A DNA stretch of 23,280 nucleotides from contig JAYKHS010000013.1 of assembly GCA_035285865.1 (NCBI GenBank), forward strand, positions 1-23,280, written 5' to 3'. Both the position numbers and the translations under genes were made by a program. Below, piece after piece: positions 8,079 through 15,870 of this stretch (positions are counted from its first letter, which is position 1; every line of letters begins with the position of its first letter). The notes under the pieces were generated by a model. It was not told the DNA's origin. It worked only from the letters and a program-made list of their open reading frames with translations, and searched no databases. Source of the DNA: Candidatus Sericytochromatia bacterium (GTDB taxonomy: Bacteria; Cyanobacteriota; Sericytochromatia; S15B-MN24; VGJW01).

Positions 8079-9127
8079 CGAGCCCCGCTTGGCTCGTCAC
8101 CGGGGGAAGCGGATTTCTCGGCCGGCTGGTGCTGCCGGCGCTTGCGTCGCGTTCACCTGTCCTTGCCTTGACCCGCAAGCCCGAGATGGCCGAATCGATC
8201 GAGGGCGTGGTCTGGATCGGCGGTGACCTCGACGATCCGGCCGCGTGGCTGACGTCGCTCGACCAACGACCCCTTGCCGGCATCCTCCACATGGGGGCCA
8301 ACGTGGCCCATACGCGGAAGGGTGCCGATGCTGCCGTCCGTGCGCAGGTCCGCGCCGTGGCCGACTTGGCTGGCCGCGCGCGCGCGCGCGGCATCCGGTT
8401 CGTTTTCGTATCCTCGTCGGGGACGGTGGGCTGCTCCCGCGACCCCTTCGCGGCTCCGGACGACGACGCCCCGCACGCATGGGAGTGTGTCCGCGATTGG
8501 CCTTACTACAGGGGCAAGGTCGAGGCCGAACGTGAAGCCTTGCGCCTGCTGGGGGACCGCCGTGGCCAACTCGTGATGTTGCGTCCCCCGATGCTGCTGG
8601 GTCCCGGCGACACGCTCGGACGGTCCACGTCCACCCTGCGCCGATACCTGGGGGGGCGACTGCCCTTTCTCATCCGGGGTGGCATTCACGTCGCGGACGT
8701 CCGGGACGTCGCAGGGGCCGTCGTGGCCGCCTGTACGGTGGCCGATCCCGCGCAGGCCTACAACCTGCCGGGCCACGCCGAGGCGTTGCAGCCTTTCCTG
8801 CAGCGCTGCGCGCGCTTGTGCGGGGTGCCGGCACCGGCGCGACATGTGCCGTGGCTGGTGGCGTGGCTGGCAGCGCATGTGAGCGCCCGGGTCGCGGATC
8901 GGACCGGCAGGCATCCGTGGCTGCCGGATCCCGTGGTCATCGAGATGGGACGGCACCACTGGGGCCTCGCCGGTTCACGTGCTCCGCGGGATCTGGGCTA
9001 TCATCCGAGACCGGTCGACGAGACCTTGGCCGAGACCCTGGACTGGCTTCGCCGGGACATGGCCCTCGATGCACCCGGACGCATTCCCGACGCTTCCACC
9101 CCGACCGCAGACAGGACGACGGCATGA
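8075..9127 (+). CDS. Extended SDR (NAD-dependent epimerase/dehydratase family); candidate acyl/alkyl-DHAP reductase
   Basis: Motifs WLVTGGSGFLG, FVFVSSSG, YYRGK (YxxxK), LRPPMLLGPGD and DVRDVA. The TTG start overlaps the upstream stop (TTGA). The specific function is inferred from context. Confidence 0.85.
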   Translation: MTSPAWLVTGGSGFLGRLVLPALASRSPVLALTRKPEMAESIEGVVWIGGDLDDPAAWLTSLDQRPLAGILHMGANVAHTRKGADAAVRAQVRAVADLAGRARARGIRFVFVSSSGTVGCSRDPFAAPDDDAPHAWECVRDWPYYRGKVEAEREALRLLGDRRGQLVMLRPPMLLGPGDTLGRSTSTLRRYLGGRLPFLIRGGIHVADVRDVAGAVVAACTVADPAQAYNLPGHAEALQPFLQRCARLCGVPAPARHVPWLVAWLAAHVSARVADRTGRHPWLPDPVVIEMGRHHWGLAGSRAPRDLGYHPRPVDETLAETLDWLRRDMALDAPGRIPDASTPTADRTTA

Positions 9128-10785
9128 TCACCGAAGAACCGCCCAAGGCCCCGATCCACGTGGCAGGCACCTTGCAGCGCACCGTCGGTTTCGGCGGTCT
9201 GCTGTTCATGTCGTTGGGCTCGATCATCGGTTCGGGTTGGTTGCTCGGGGCCCTGAACGCGGCTCAGGCGGCGGGACCTGCCTCGATCCTGTCGTGGATT
9301 CTGGCGGCGGGCATGCTGTCCCTGCTGGCCCTGACGTTTGCCGAGTTGGGCGCGGCTTATCCGGTGGCCGGGGGCGGTGGACGCTTCCCCTACTACTCGC
9401 ACGGCCCCGTGGCCGGCTTCGTCGCGGGCTGGGCCTCGTGGTTGCAGGCGGTCTTCATCGCACCCATCGAGGTCCTGGCCTGCATCACCTATGTGAACAG
9501 CGTCGACTGGGTGAACCGGAATTTCAACATGATCACGCGCGAAGGTCCCAACGCCGGCCTGCTCAATGAAACGGGCCTGATCGTGGCGGTGGTGATGCTG
9601 TTGCTCTTTACGGCCATCAACCTGGCCAGCGTCAAGGTCGTCTCGGAGAGCAATTCGCTGGTGGTCATTTGGAAGACCCTGGTGCCGGTGCTTGCCGTCG
9701 TCTGCCTGCCCTTCATCGCCTTTCATCCGGAGAATTTCACGGCAGGGGGCGGCTTCATGCCCTTCGGGTTTCATGGGGTCTTTGCCGCGCTTACGGGAGG
9801 GGTGGTCTTTGCCCTGCAGGGCTTTGAGCAGGCCGTCCAGTTGGCGGGCGAAGCGCGTAACCCGCGTCGGGATCTCTCGCGTGCCGTGCTTACGGCCATG
9901 GCCATCGGAGCGGTGCTCTACGCGGCCTTGCAATTCACGATGCTGGGTCTGCTCGAGCCCGCCAATGTCAAGGATGGCTGGAGTCATCCGCTCGGTACCG
10001 ACCCGTCCGCGTATGGCGCGTGGTACACCCTCGCGCTTGCCCTTGGTGCCGGCTGGCTGGCCAAGGCGCTGCTGATCGATGCCGTCGTGTCGCCTGCCGG
10101 AACAGGCATCGTCTACATCACCACCACGGCGCGTCTGTCGTATGCCTTGGGCGAGGAGCGCGAGATGCCTTCCGCGCTCACGCGCACCAACAGCAAGGGC
10201 GTGCCCGTCGTGTCGATCCTGCTGGCAGCCGGGGTCGGCCTGCTGGCGCTCGGGCCCTTCAAGAGCTGGAATGCGCTGGTGTCCGTAGCCACCGGTTCGA
10301 CGGCCATCATGTATGCGTTCGCCCCGATCGCCTTGGCCGCCTTGCGTAAGGTGGATCCTGACAGAAAGCGCAGCTATCGCGTACCCATGCCGGGCTTCGT
10401 CCTGCCCGGCGCATTCTGTTCGGCGAACCTGATCATGTATTGGGGGGGCTTCGGGCTCACGTGGAAGCTCACTCTCGCGATGTTGGCCGGCCTGGTGCTG
10501 TTCGGCATCGGCGCGTGGGTTCGGAGGACGGGTGCGTGGACATCCTTGCGCCACGCCGTCTGGATTCCCGGATGGCTGGGTGGACAGGTCCTGCTCGGTT
10601 ACTTGGGACGCTATGGCGAAGGCGCCCAGTCACTGCTGCCCGCCTGGGTCGACCTGGGGGCGGTCATCGTCTTTTCGGTCGGCATTTTCCATTGGGCCGT
10701 GGCCTGTGCGCAGCCGCCCGAGCGTGCGCGTGAGGCTGTTCAGAAGGACGCGCCGCAGTTGGAGGGTGCTCCCGAACTGGAGTAG
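9124..10785 (+). CDS. APC-superfamily amino-acid permease (YveA/YbeC-like)
   Basis: Motifs LGSIIGSGWLLG, AGPASILSW, FAELGAAYPVAGG and GFEQAVQLAGEARNPRR, with many hydrophobic segments. ATGA overlap with the SDR stop. Confidence 0.92.
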   Translation: MITEEPPKAPIHVAGTLQRTVGFGGLLFMSLGSIIGSGWLLGALNAAQAAGPASILSWILAAGMLSLLALTFAELGAAYPVAGGGGRFPYYSHGPVAGFVAGWASWLQAVFIAPIEVLACITYVNSVDWVNRNFNMITREGPNAGLLNETGLIVAVVMLLLFTAINLASVKVVSESNSLVVIWKTLVPVLAVVCLPFIAFHPENFTAGGGFMPFGFHGVFAALTGGVVFALQGFEQAVQLAGEARNPRRDLSRAVLTAMAIGAVLYAALQFTMLGLLEPANVKDGWSHPLGTDPSAYGAWYTLALALGAGWLAKALLIDAVVSPAGTGIVYITTTARLSYALGEEREMPSALTRTNSKGVPVVSILLAAGVGLLALGPFKSWNALVSVATGSTAIMYAFAPIALAALRKVDPDRKRSYRVPMPGFVLPGAFCSANLIMYWGGFGLTWKLTLAMLAGLVLFGIGAWVRRTGAWTSLRHAVWIPGWLGGQVLLGYLGRYGEGAQSLLPAWVDLGAVIVFSVGIFHWAVACAQPPERAREAVQKDAPQLEGAPELE

Positions 10786-10810
10786 GCCACGCTGGTCTGA
10801 ACCTAAAGCG

Positions 10811-10854
10811 CAAGGCGACGGGCACCGCGATGCACCGCGGTGCCCGTCGCCTTG
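10811..10854. terminator. Perfect 19-bp inverted repeat between convergent genes (probable bidirectional terminator)
   Basis: CAAGGCGACGGGCACCGCG-atgcac-CGCGGTGCCCGTCGCCTTG. There is no strong U tract on either side. Confidence 0.7.
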
Positions 10855-10855
10855 A

Positions 10856-11728
10856 TCAACCCTGGATTGCCTGGTCTGCAACGCCCGGGCGCGAGGGGCC
10901 ACCGGGCCTGGAGTTGGCCTGTGCATCCTCGAGGCTGAGCAGGCCGTCACGCTTGGAGGCGCGCAACCTCTCGATTGCCTCGAGGCCAAGGGTGCCAACC
11001 GGATTGAAGGGCAGGAGCCTGCGGAACTCTTCAAGCGGCAGGATGAAGCCGGGGCGGGGGAGCAGTGGCTTGTTATTCCCGCCGCCGAACAGTCCACCAA
11101 GCGGCGGCTTGATGCCATTGGCGCGGCCGTCGAGATACTCCTGCCGGGTCACCTTGCCGTCCTTGTCGGCATCGAAGGCTCCAAGATTCCTGGCTTCCGT
11201 GCCCGAAAGCACGTCGTCCTCGTTGATGTCGAGCGACTTGAATTCCTTGTCGTGCTTCAGCTCCTGCTTATCCCGGTCTTCGGCAGCGAGACCCTTCAGG
11301 TATTCCTTTTCGGTGATGCGGCCATCGCCGTCCTTGTCGAGACGGCGAAGCCCCGTGGCTTCCGTTCCCGTCAGCACACCGTCCTTGTTCTCATCCAGAC
11401 TGCGGAACTTCAGCTTGCGGCCGAGTTCGGCGAGGTCCTTGATCTCATTCGTGGCCGCGCCGCGATACTCGGCATAGGTGATCTTGCCGTCGCCATTGGC
11501 ATCCTTTTGCTCGATGCCCTTGGTTTCGTTGCCCGACAGGACGCCATCCGCGTTCTTGTCACGGATTCTGAACTGGAAGGAGTCCAGTGACGGACGGACG
11601 CCAGGAAGGTCCTTTACCGGGAGATCGGGAGTGGGGCGCTGCCCGATGACGTCCTCCAGATCCGGAGTGGGCTTGCGCACCCCCGGAAACGAGATGGGGC
11701 CGGTGGCAGAGGACTTGATGTCACGCAT
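10856..11728 (-). CDS. EF-hand repeat calcium-binding protein (three EF-hand pairs)
   Basis: Loops DKNADGVLSGNE, DANGDGKITYAE, DENKDGVLTGTE, DKDGDGRITEKE, DINEDDVLSGTE and DADKDGKVTRQE. GGAG lies upstream of the ATG. Confidence 0.85.
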   Translation of the reverse strand: MRDIKSSATGPISFPGVRKPTPDLEDVIGQRPTPDLPVKDLPGVRPSLDSFQFRIRDKNADGVLSGNETKGIEQKDANGDGKITYAEYRGAATNEIKDLAELGRKLKFRSLDENKDGVLTGTEATGLRRLDKDGDGRITEKEYLKGLAAEDRDKQELKHDKEFKSLDINEDDVLSGTEARNLGAFDADKDGKVTRQEYLDGRANGIKPPLGGLFGGGNNKPLLPRPGFILPLEEFRRLLPFNPVGTLGLEAIERLRASKRDGLLSLEDAQANSRPGGPSRPGVADQAIQG

Positions 11729-11903
11729 TTTTTGGGGGGACTCCGTTAGGACAGGAACCTGCTGAGTAGTCTATCCACGGCGTGCCTGCCCGTGAGCGCG
11801 CATTCTAACAAGAACAATGCTGAATTTAACGGAAACCCAATAGGGTTCTGCTTGCAGGCCAGACGGGTAAGCCTTGCACCTACGGAGAATCTTCGGCAAC
11901 GCC

Positions 11904-11944
11904 CAAAAAGGACCGAAAGGACGCCGACATCTGTCGCGTCCTTC
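11904..11944 (-). terminator. Intrinsic terminator downstream of tRNA-Ala
   Basis: Minus-strand hairpin AAGGACG-CGAC-agat-GTCG-g-CGTCCTT followed by TCGGTCCTTTTT. Confidence 0.6.
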
Positions 11945-11962
11945 CGCCAAGTCACCAAGAAG

Positions 11963-12035
<73 letters not shown>

Positions 12036-12047
12036 GAAGGGAGTCCC

Positions 12048-12077
12048 AAGATACCTTGCGGATGCGCGTCTGGTCAA
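12048..12077 (-). promoter_or_regulatory. Sigma70-type promoter for tRNA-Ala
   Basis: TTGACC-N18-TATCTT ending 12 nt before the mature tRNA 5' end. Confidence 0.6.
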
Positions 12078-12108
12078 GCCACCGAGTCTCTCACGCGCCG
12101 GGAAGCGC

Positions 12109-13128
12109 TTAGAAATCTGAGGGCGGGGTTGGCATCGGGGGCATCGTCGGGACCGGTGGCGCGGTCGGCATCGGGGGCATTGTCGGGACCGGTGGCGCGG
12201 TCGGCATCGGGGGCATGGTCGGTGCCGGGGGCGCGGTCGGCATTGGCGGCATCGTCGGGACCGGGGGCGCGGTCGGCATCGGCGGCATTGTCGGGACCGG
12301 GGGCGGGGTCCAATTGTCGAAGGCCCACGGCATGGGCGTCGGGATCTCGAACTGCAGAAGGGCCGCATTCATGGCGTTGAGTCTTTCGATGATCGCGGCG
12401 TTTTGCTGCTGGATGTCTTCCATCGCCTTGGTGGTCTGCTCGAAGGACCGCAGGGCATCGATGTGCGCTTGCCGTGCCTGAGCTTCCAGATCCCGCGTCA
12501 ACTGTTGGAAGCTCTCCAGTGAACCCAGGTCCAGGGCGGCCTTGTTGCCGAATTTCTTGCGGAAGCCGGCCGTGGCAAGGGTCGTGGCCACGGACAGCGG
12601 CTGGGCCGAACTCCGGAATGGCAGGCTGGTCAGGGAGACGGGACGCTCCCCCAGCTGGAAGCGCGAACGCAGTTCCACCGCCTTAGCCGCGCCGATGGCG
12701 ATGTCGTAGTAGCCTCTGTCGTCCGTCAGGCCCTTGGCAACCTTGCCGTCCTCGAGAACGACCTCGACCGAGGCACTGGCCACCGGCAGCTCTTCGTCGG
12801 TTGCGGGAGACGAGGTGGCCTCGGGCGCGGTAGCAAGAGCCCTGCGCAAGCCGGCATTGTTGGACACCAGACTGCCCGCCATGTTGGCAATGAGGGCCCC
12901 GGACCCGTTGGCCGAGACGCCGAGGCCTGCCTCGGCGCGGATCTTGGAGGGCACCGTCACCCGGCCGGACCATCGACCTTCAGGATCGGGCTGGGCCACG
13001 AGGGACCGGGTCACGGCATCCTGCGCCGCCTGGCCTTCCGGGCCCTTGACGGCACCGGTTCCCGTCGTGGTGTTCGCGGCACAGGCCACGGCAAGCGGCA
13101 AGAGTGGGAGCAGCAGGCGCTTCTGCAT
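12109..13128 (-). CDS. Hypothetical lipoprotein with C-terminal Pro/Met/Thr tandem repeat
   Basis: MQKRLLLPLLPLAVAC lipobox-type signal and GAGG RBS. An alternative start exists at 13158. Confidence 0.75.
   Translation of the reverse strand: MQKRLLLPLLPLAVACAANTTTGTGAVKGPEGQAAQDAVTRSLVAQPDPEGRWSGRVTVPSKIRAEAGLGVSANGSGALIANMAGSLVSNNAGLRRALATAPEATSSPATDEELPVASASVEVVLEDGKVAKGLTDDRGYYDIAIGAAKAVELRSRFQLGERPVSLTSLPFRSSAQPLSVATTLATAGFRKKFGNKAALDLGSLESFQQLTRDLEAQARQAHIDALRSFEQTTKAMEDIQQQNAAIIERLNAMNAALLQFEIPTPMPWAFDNWTPPPVPTMPPMPTAPPVPTMPPMPTAPPAPTMPPMPTAPPVPTMPPMPTAPPVPTMPPMPTPPSDF
12124..12303 (-). repeat. In-frame tandem repeat, 5 x 36 bp (PPVPTMPPMPTA)
   Basis: Five near-identical 12-aa units with synonymous changes and one Val-to-Ala change. 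Confidence 0.92.
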
Positions 13129-13234
13129 CGTGGACCTCGGAGAGCTGACGATCGACATCGTCACCATACCCTTGCCGGGCCGCTACTGGCCACCTCCCGA
13201 GTGCCCATTGGGCTCCCCTGGGCTGCTCGATTCG

Positions 13235-14539
13235 TCAGCGTTGCGCGAAGGCAGCGTCGATGGCGCGGCCGGCGTCGATGCGACCGTGGCCGTACTCGGC
13301 GCTGAAACCCAGGCCAACGGGGATGGCCGTTCGCTCGAGGTGGGCCTTCACGGTCGCGGCGGACCAGTCCCTCCGGGTGTCGGCGACGAGCGCGGCCAGT
13401 CCCGCCGCATAGGGCGTGGCCATCGAGGTGCCGGACTTCTGGCCATAACCGGTTTCCTTGCTGTTGTTCGGGAAGGTCGGCAGCAGCGAGAGGATGCCCT
13501 GGCCAGGGGCCACCAGCGAAATCCACGTGCCGAAGCTCGAGAAGCTGGCCTTGCGGTCCTGTTCGTCCGTGGCGCCAACAGCGAGGACACCCGGCATGGC
13601 CGCCGGGTACAGGATGTCGTTACGGCCGCTGTTGCCCATGGCAGCGACCACGAGCACGTCCTTGCCCTGGGCGTAGGCGATGGCGTCGCGCAGCAGCGGC
13701 GACAGCGTCGGGGACCCGAGGCTCATGCTGAGGACATGGGCTCTGGCGTCGACGGCGTGCACGATACCGGCCGACACCGAGGTGGCATCGCCGTAGCCGT
13801 AGTCCGAAACGACCTTCTCGGCCAGCAGGTGGATGCGCGGGGCAACGCCCACGATCCCTTGCCGATTGTTGGCCGTGGCCCCCGCGATCCCTGCGGCGTG
13901 GGTGCCGTGGCTGTCCCCGTCGACCGGGTTGTCGGTCTTCTTGAGCCAATCCCTGCCGAGGATGACCCGGCTGTGTCCGCCATCGTCGCGGAGGTCCGGA
14001 TGGGCCGGATCGATCCCGGTGTCGAGAATGGCCAGCAGGGTCCGCGGGCTGCCCTCCGTGCGGGCGTGCGCCTTCGCGAGGCCGATGCGGGCGACGGCCC
14101 ACTGGCGCGGTGCCAGAGGGTCATTGTAGCTCGTCTCGATCTCGGGACCGCCTGCGGCGCGAACAGGGACAGGACGGGTCATCGGCGTCGAGAGGCACGC
14201 CTCGGCAACCTCGGGCGCTTCCCCGAGTGCCGTCAGGGCCGAACGGGCGGTCTTGTCCCCCGTCGGCCGCAGGACCTTCCAGCCCAGTTTGCCCAGCGTG
14301 TCGTGCCAGCCCGGTTCCTCCACCAACCCTCGCTCCGACATCAGGCGCGCGAGGGCAGCCCGTGCGCTCGATGAGCGCAGTTTCACGAGGACGCGTCTTG
14401 CCGCCTGGGCTTCGAGCACCTGGTCCTCGGCGTGCGGATCGAAACGGGGATGCGGATTGGGCGTGGCCTCCGTTCCGCAGGCTGTGAGGACGATGCCGAG
14501 CAGGGCGGTGGCGGGGAAACGAAGACGCGTGCGGGGCAT
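13235..14539 (-). CDS. S8 subtilisin/thermitase-like serine protease, lipoprotein
   Basis: Triad motifs ILDTGID, HGTHAAG and SGTSMATP, oxyanion motif AAMGN, and lipobox LTAC after MPRTRLRF. Confidence 0.93.
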   Translation of the reverse strand: MPRTRLRFPATALLGIVLTACGTEATPNPHPRFDPHAEDQVLEAQAARRVLVKLRSSSARAALARLMSERGLVEEPGWHDTLGKLGWKVLRPTGDKTARSALTALGEAPEVAEACLSTPMTRPVPVRAAGGPEIETSYNDPLAPRQWAVARIGLAKAHARTEGSPRTLLAILDTGIDPAHPDLRDDGGHSRVILGRDWLKKTDNPVDGDSHGTHAAGIAGATANNRQGIVGVAPRIHLLAEKVVSDYGYGDATSVSAGIVHAVDARAHVLSMSLGSPTLSPLLRDAIAYAQGKDVLVVAAMGNSGRNDILYPAAMPGVLAVGATDEQDRKASFSSFGTWISLVAPGQGILSLLPTFPNNSKETGYGQKSGTSMATPYAAGLAALVADTRRDWSAATVKAHLERTAIPVGLGFSAEYGHGRIDAGRAIDAAFAQR

Positions 14540-14677
14540 GGTCGGCAAGAACTCCCATCGAGGCTGTGTGACCAGCCTGGTGATGGCACCTCCCACGCAC
14601 CTCCCAGTGTTAATGGAGTGTTGGATCTAGCGCATAGGTCCGTGAAGAGCCTGATGGTTCGGCAGGGGGGTGTCGCC

Positions 14678-15799
14678 ATGCAGACCAGCACCGGCAAGGT
14701 GGAATCGATAACGCTGTCATCTTCGGTTCGTCAGCCGGCCGATGCGCGGGGGACGTCCCGTGGCGCGGAAAGTCCGGAGGCCAGCCGCGCGGCCACGCGC
14801 AGGGACAGGATGTCCGTGCGTCCCGGACAGGTTGTCGTGACCGCGGGGGACTCGCTGTCCGTGCTTGCCAGGCGCCACGGTGTGCCGCTGGACGACTTGC
14901 TGCGCCTGAATCCCGGGCTGACGACGCCGGTCGATGGGGGACGCCCCCGGGCTGCCGACGGGCGTTGGATCTATCCCGGTGACGTCGTGCAGTTGAGGCC
15001 GGCTGGGGCAAAGGGTCTGCCCAAGCTCCCGGAGCCAGTCAAGCCGGACCCAGCCGTTCATCCCGCGAGGCCCCGTGCTGTTGAGGTCGTGGGCAAGCGC
15101 GCGGCGTCCGGTGCCCCCTCTTCGCCTGCACCCAAGGCAGCGGTCCCTGCTGCGGAGGACCCAGGACGCGCCGAGGTGCGCTCTGGCCGGAAACGGGTTT
15201 CGCCTGGTGAGCCTTTCGTCCAGGCCACGCCGCTGGCGGAGGGTGGTCGGACCAGCCGGCCTCGCCCGGACGCTGCGGTCAGAAAGCCCGAAGGCCAGCC
15301 TGGCGGCAGCGTCGCCGATCAGCAACCGGTGACTCGGAAGCCTGCGGTCCCGCAGCCTGCACCGGAGCAGAAGTCCGTGACCCAGGCCAAGCCGCTTGTT
15401 CAGCCGAAGCCCGCCGCCCCGGTGGCGCCAAAGCCAGTTCCGGCTGTCGATCGGTCCGGTGTCCCCGAACTGATCTCCCGCATTCCCAAGGGCACGGGGA
15501 CGGTGCTCGGCATGGTGTCCGTCACGATTGCCCGCATCGGCAACGGTCTGAAGATCCAGGCGGGCAGCTTCGGGACCTTCCTGTTCCAGAAGACAGGAAA
15601 GGGTTGGTGCATTACCGGGGCGGGGCAGGAGCCCCTTGCCGTCGACAAGGTCCGACAGGCACGGGATGGTTCGGGCAATACGGTCTTCAGCCTCGAGTTC
15701 CCGAAGGGCTCGCCCGTGCCCTTCAACCCGGCGGTCGTCTCGGTCGCGCCGGATGGTCGCTCCTTCTCGATGGCCGGCTACTCGATCACGATGGAATGA
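14678..15799 (+). CDS. LysM domain protein with Pro/Ala/Lys-rich linker and unknown beta-rich C-terminal domain
   Basis: VVVTAGDSLSVLARRHGVPLDDLLRLNPGL...IYPGDVVQL. A G-rich RBS precedes the ATG at 14678; the start is uncertain (alternative 14654). Confidence 0.8.
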   Translation: MQTSTGKVESITLSSSVRQPADARGTSRGAESPEASRAATRRDRMSVRPGQVVVTAGDSLSVLARRHGVPLDDLLRLNPGLTTPVDGGRPRAADGRWIYPGDVVQLRPAGAKGLPKLPEPVKPDPAVHPARPRAVEVVGKRAASGAPSSPAPKAAVPAAEDPGRAEVRSGRKRVSPGEPFVQATPLAEGGRTSRPRPDAAVRKPEGQPGGSVADQQPVTRKPAVPQPAPEQKSVTQAKPLVQPKPAAPVAPKPVPAVDRSGVPELISRIPKGTGTVLGMVSVTIARIGNGLKIQAGSFGTFLFQKTGKGWCITGAGQEPLAVDKVRQARDGSGNTVFSLEFPKGSPVPFNPAVVSVAPDGRSFSMAGYSITME

Positions 15800-15870
15800 G
15801 ACGGCAGTCGTTGCCAGTACGTGGGATAGGGGGGACCATGGAACGTCCCCTCGTCCTCTGACCCCGCAGC

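Noticed and set aside
3994..10554. Long minus-strand ORFs (3994-5442, 5697-7607, 9001-10554)
   Set aside because: Antisense shadows of well-supported plus-strand genes, expected at high GC, with no motifs.
12124..12303. 36-bp repeats as a CRISPR array
   Set aside because: The units are contiguous with no unique spacers, in frame within a CDS, and there are no cas genes.
12734..14374. 546-aa plus-strand ORF
   Set aside because: Antisense to the S8 protease and the lipoprotein, with no recognisable domain.
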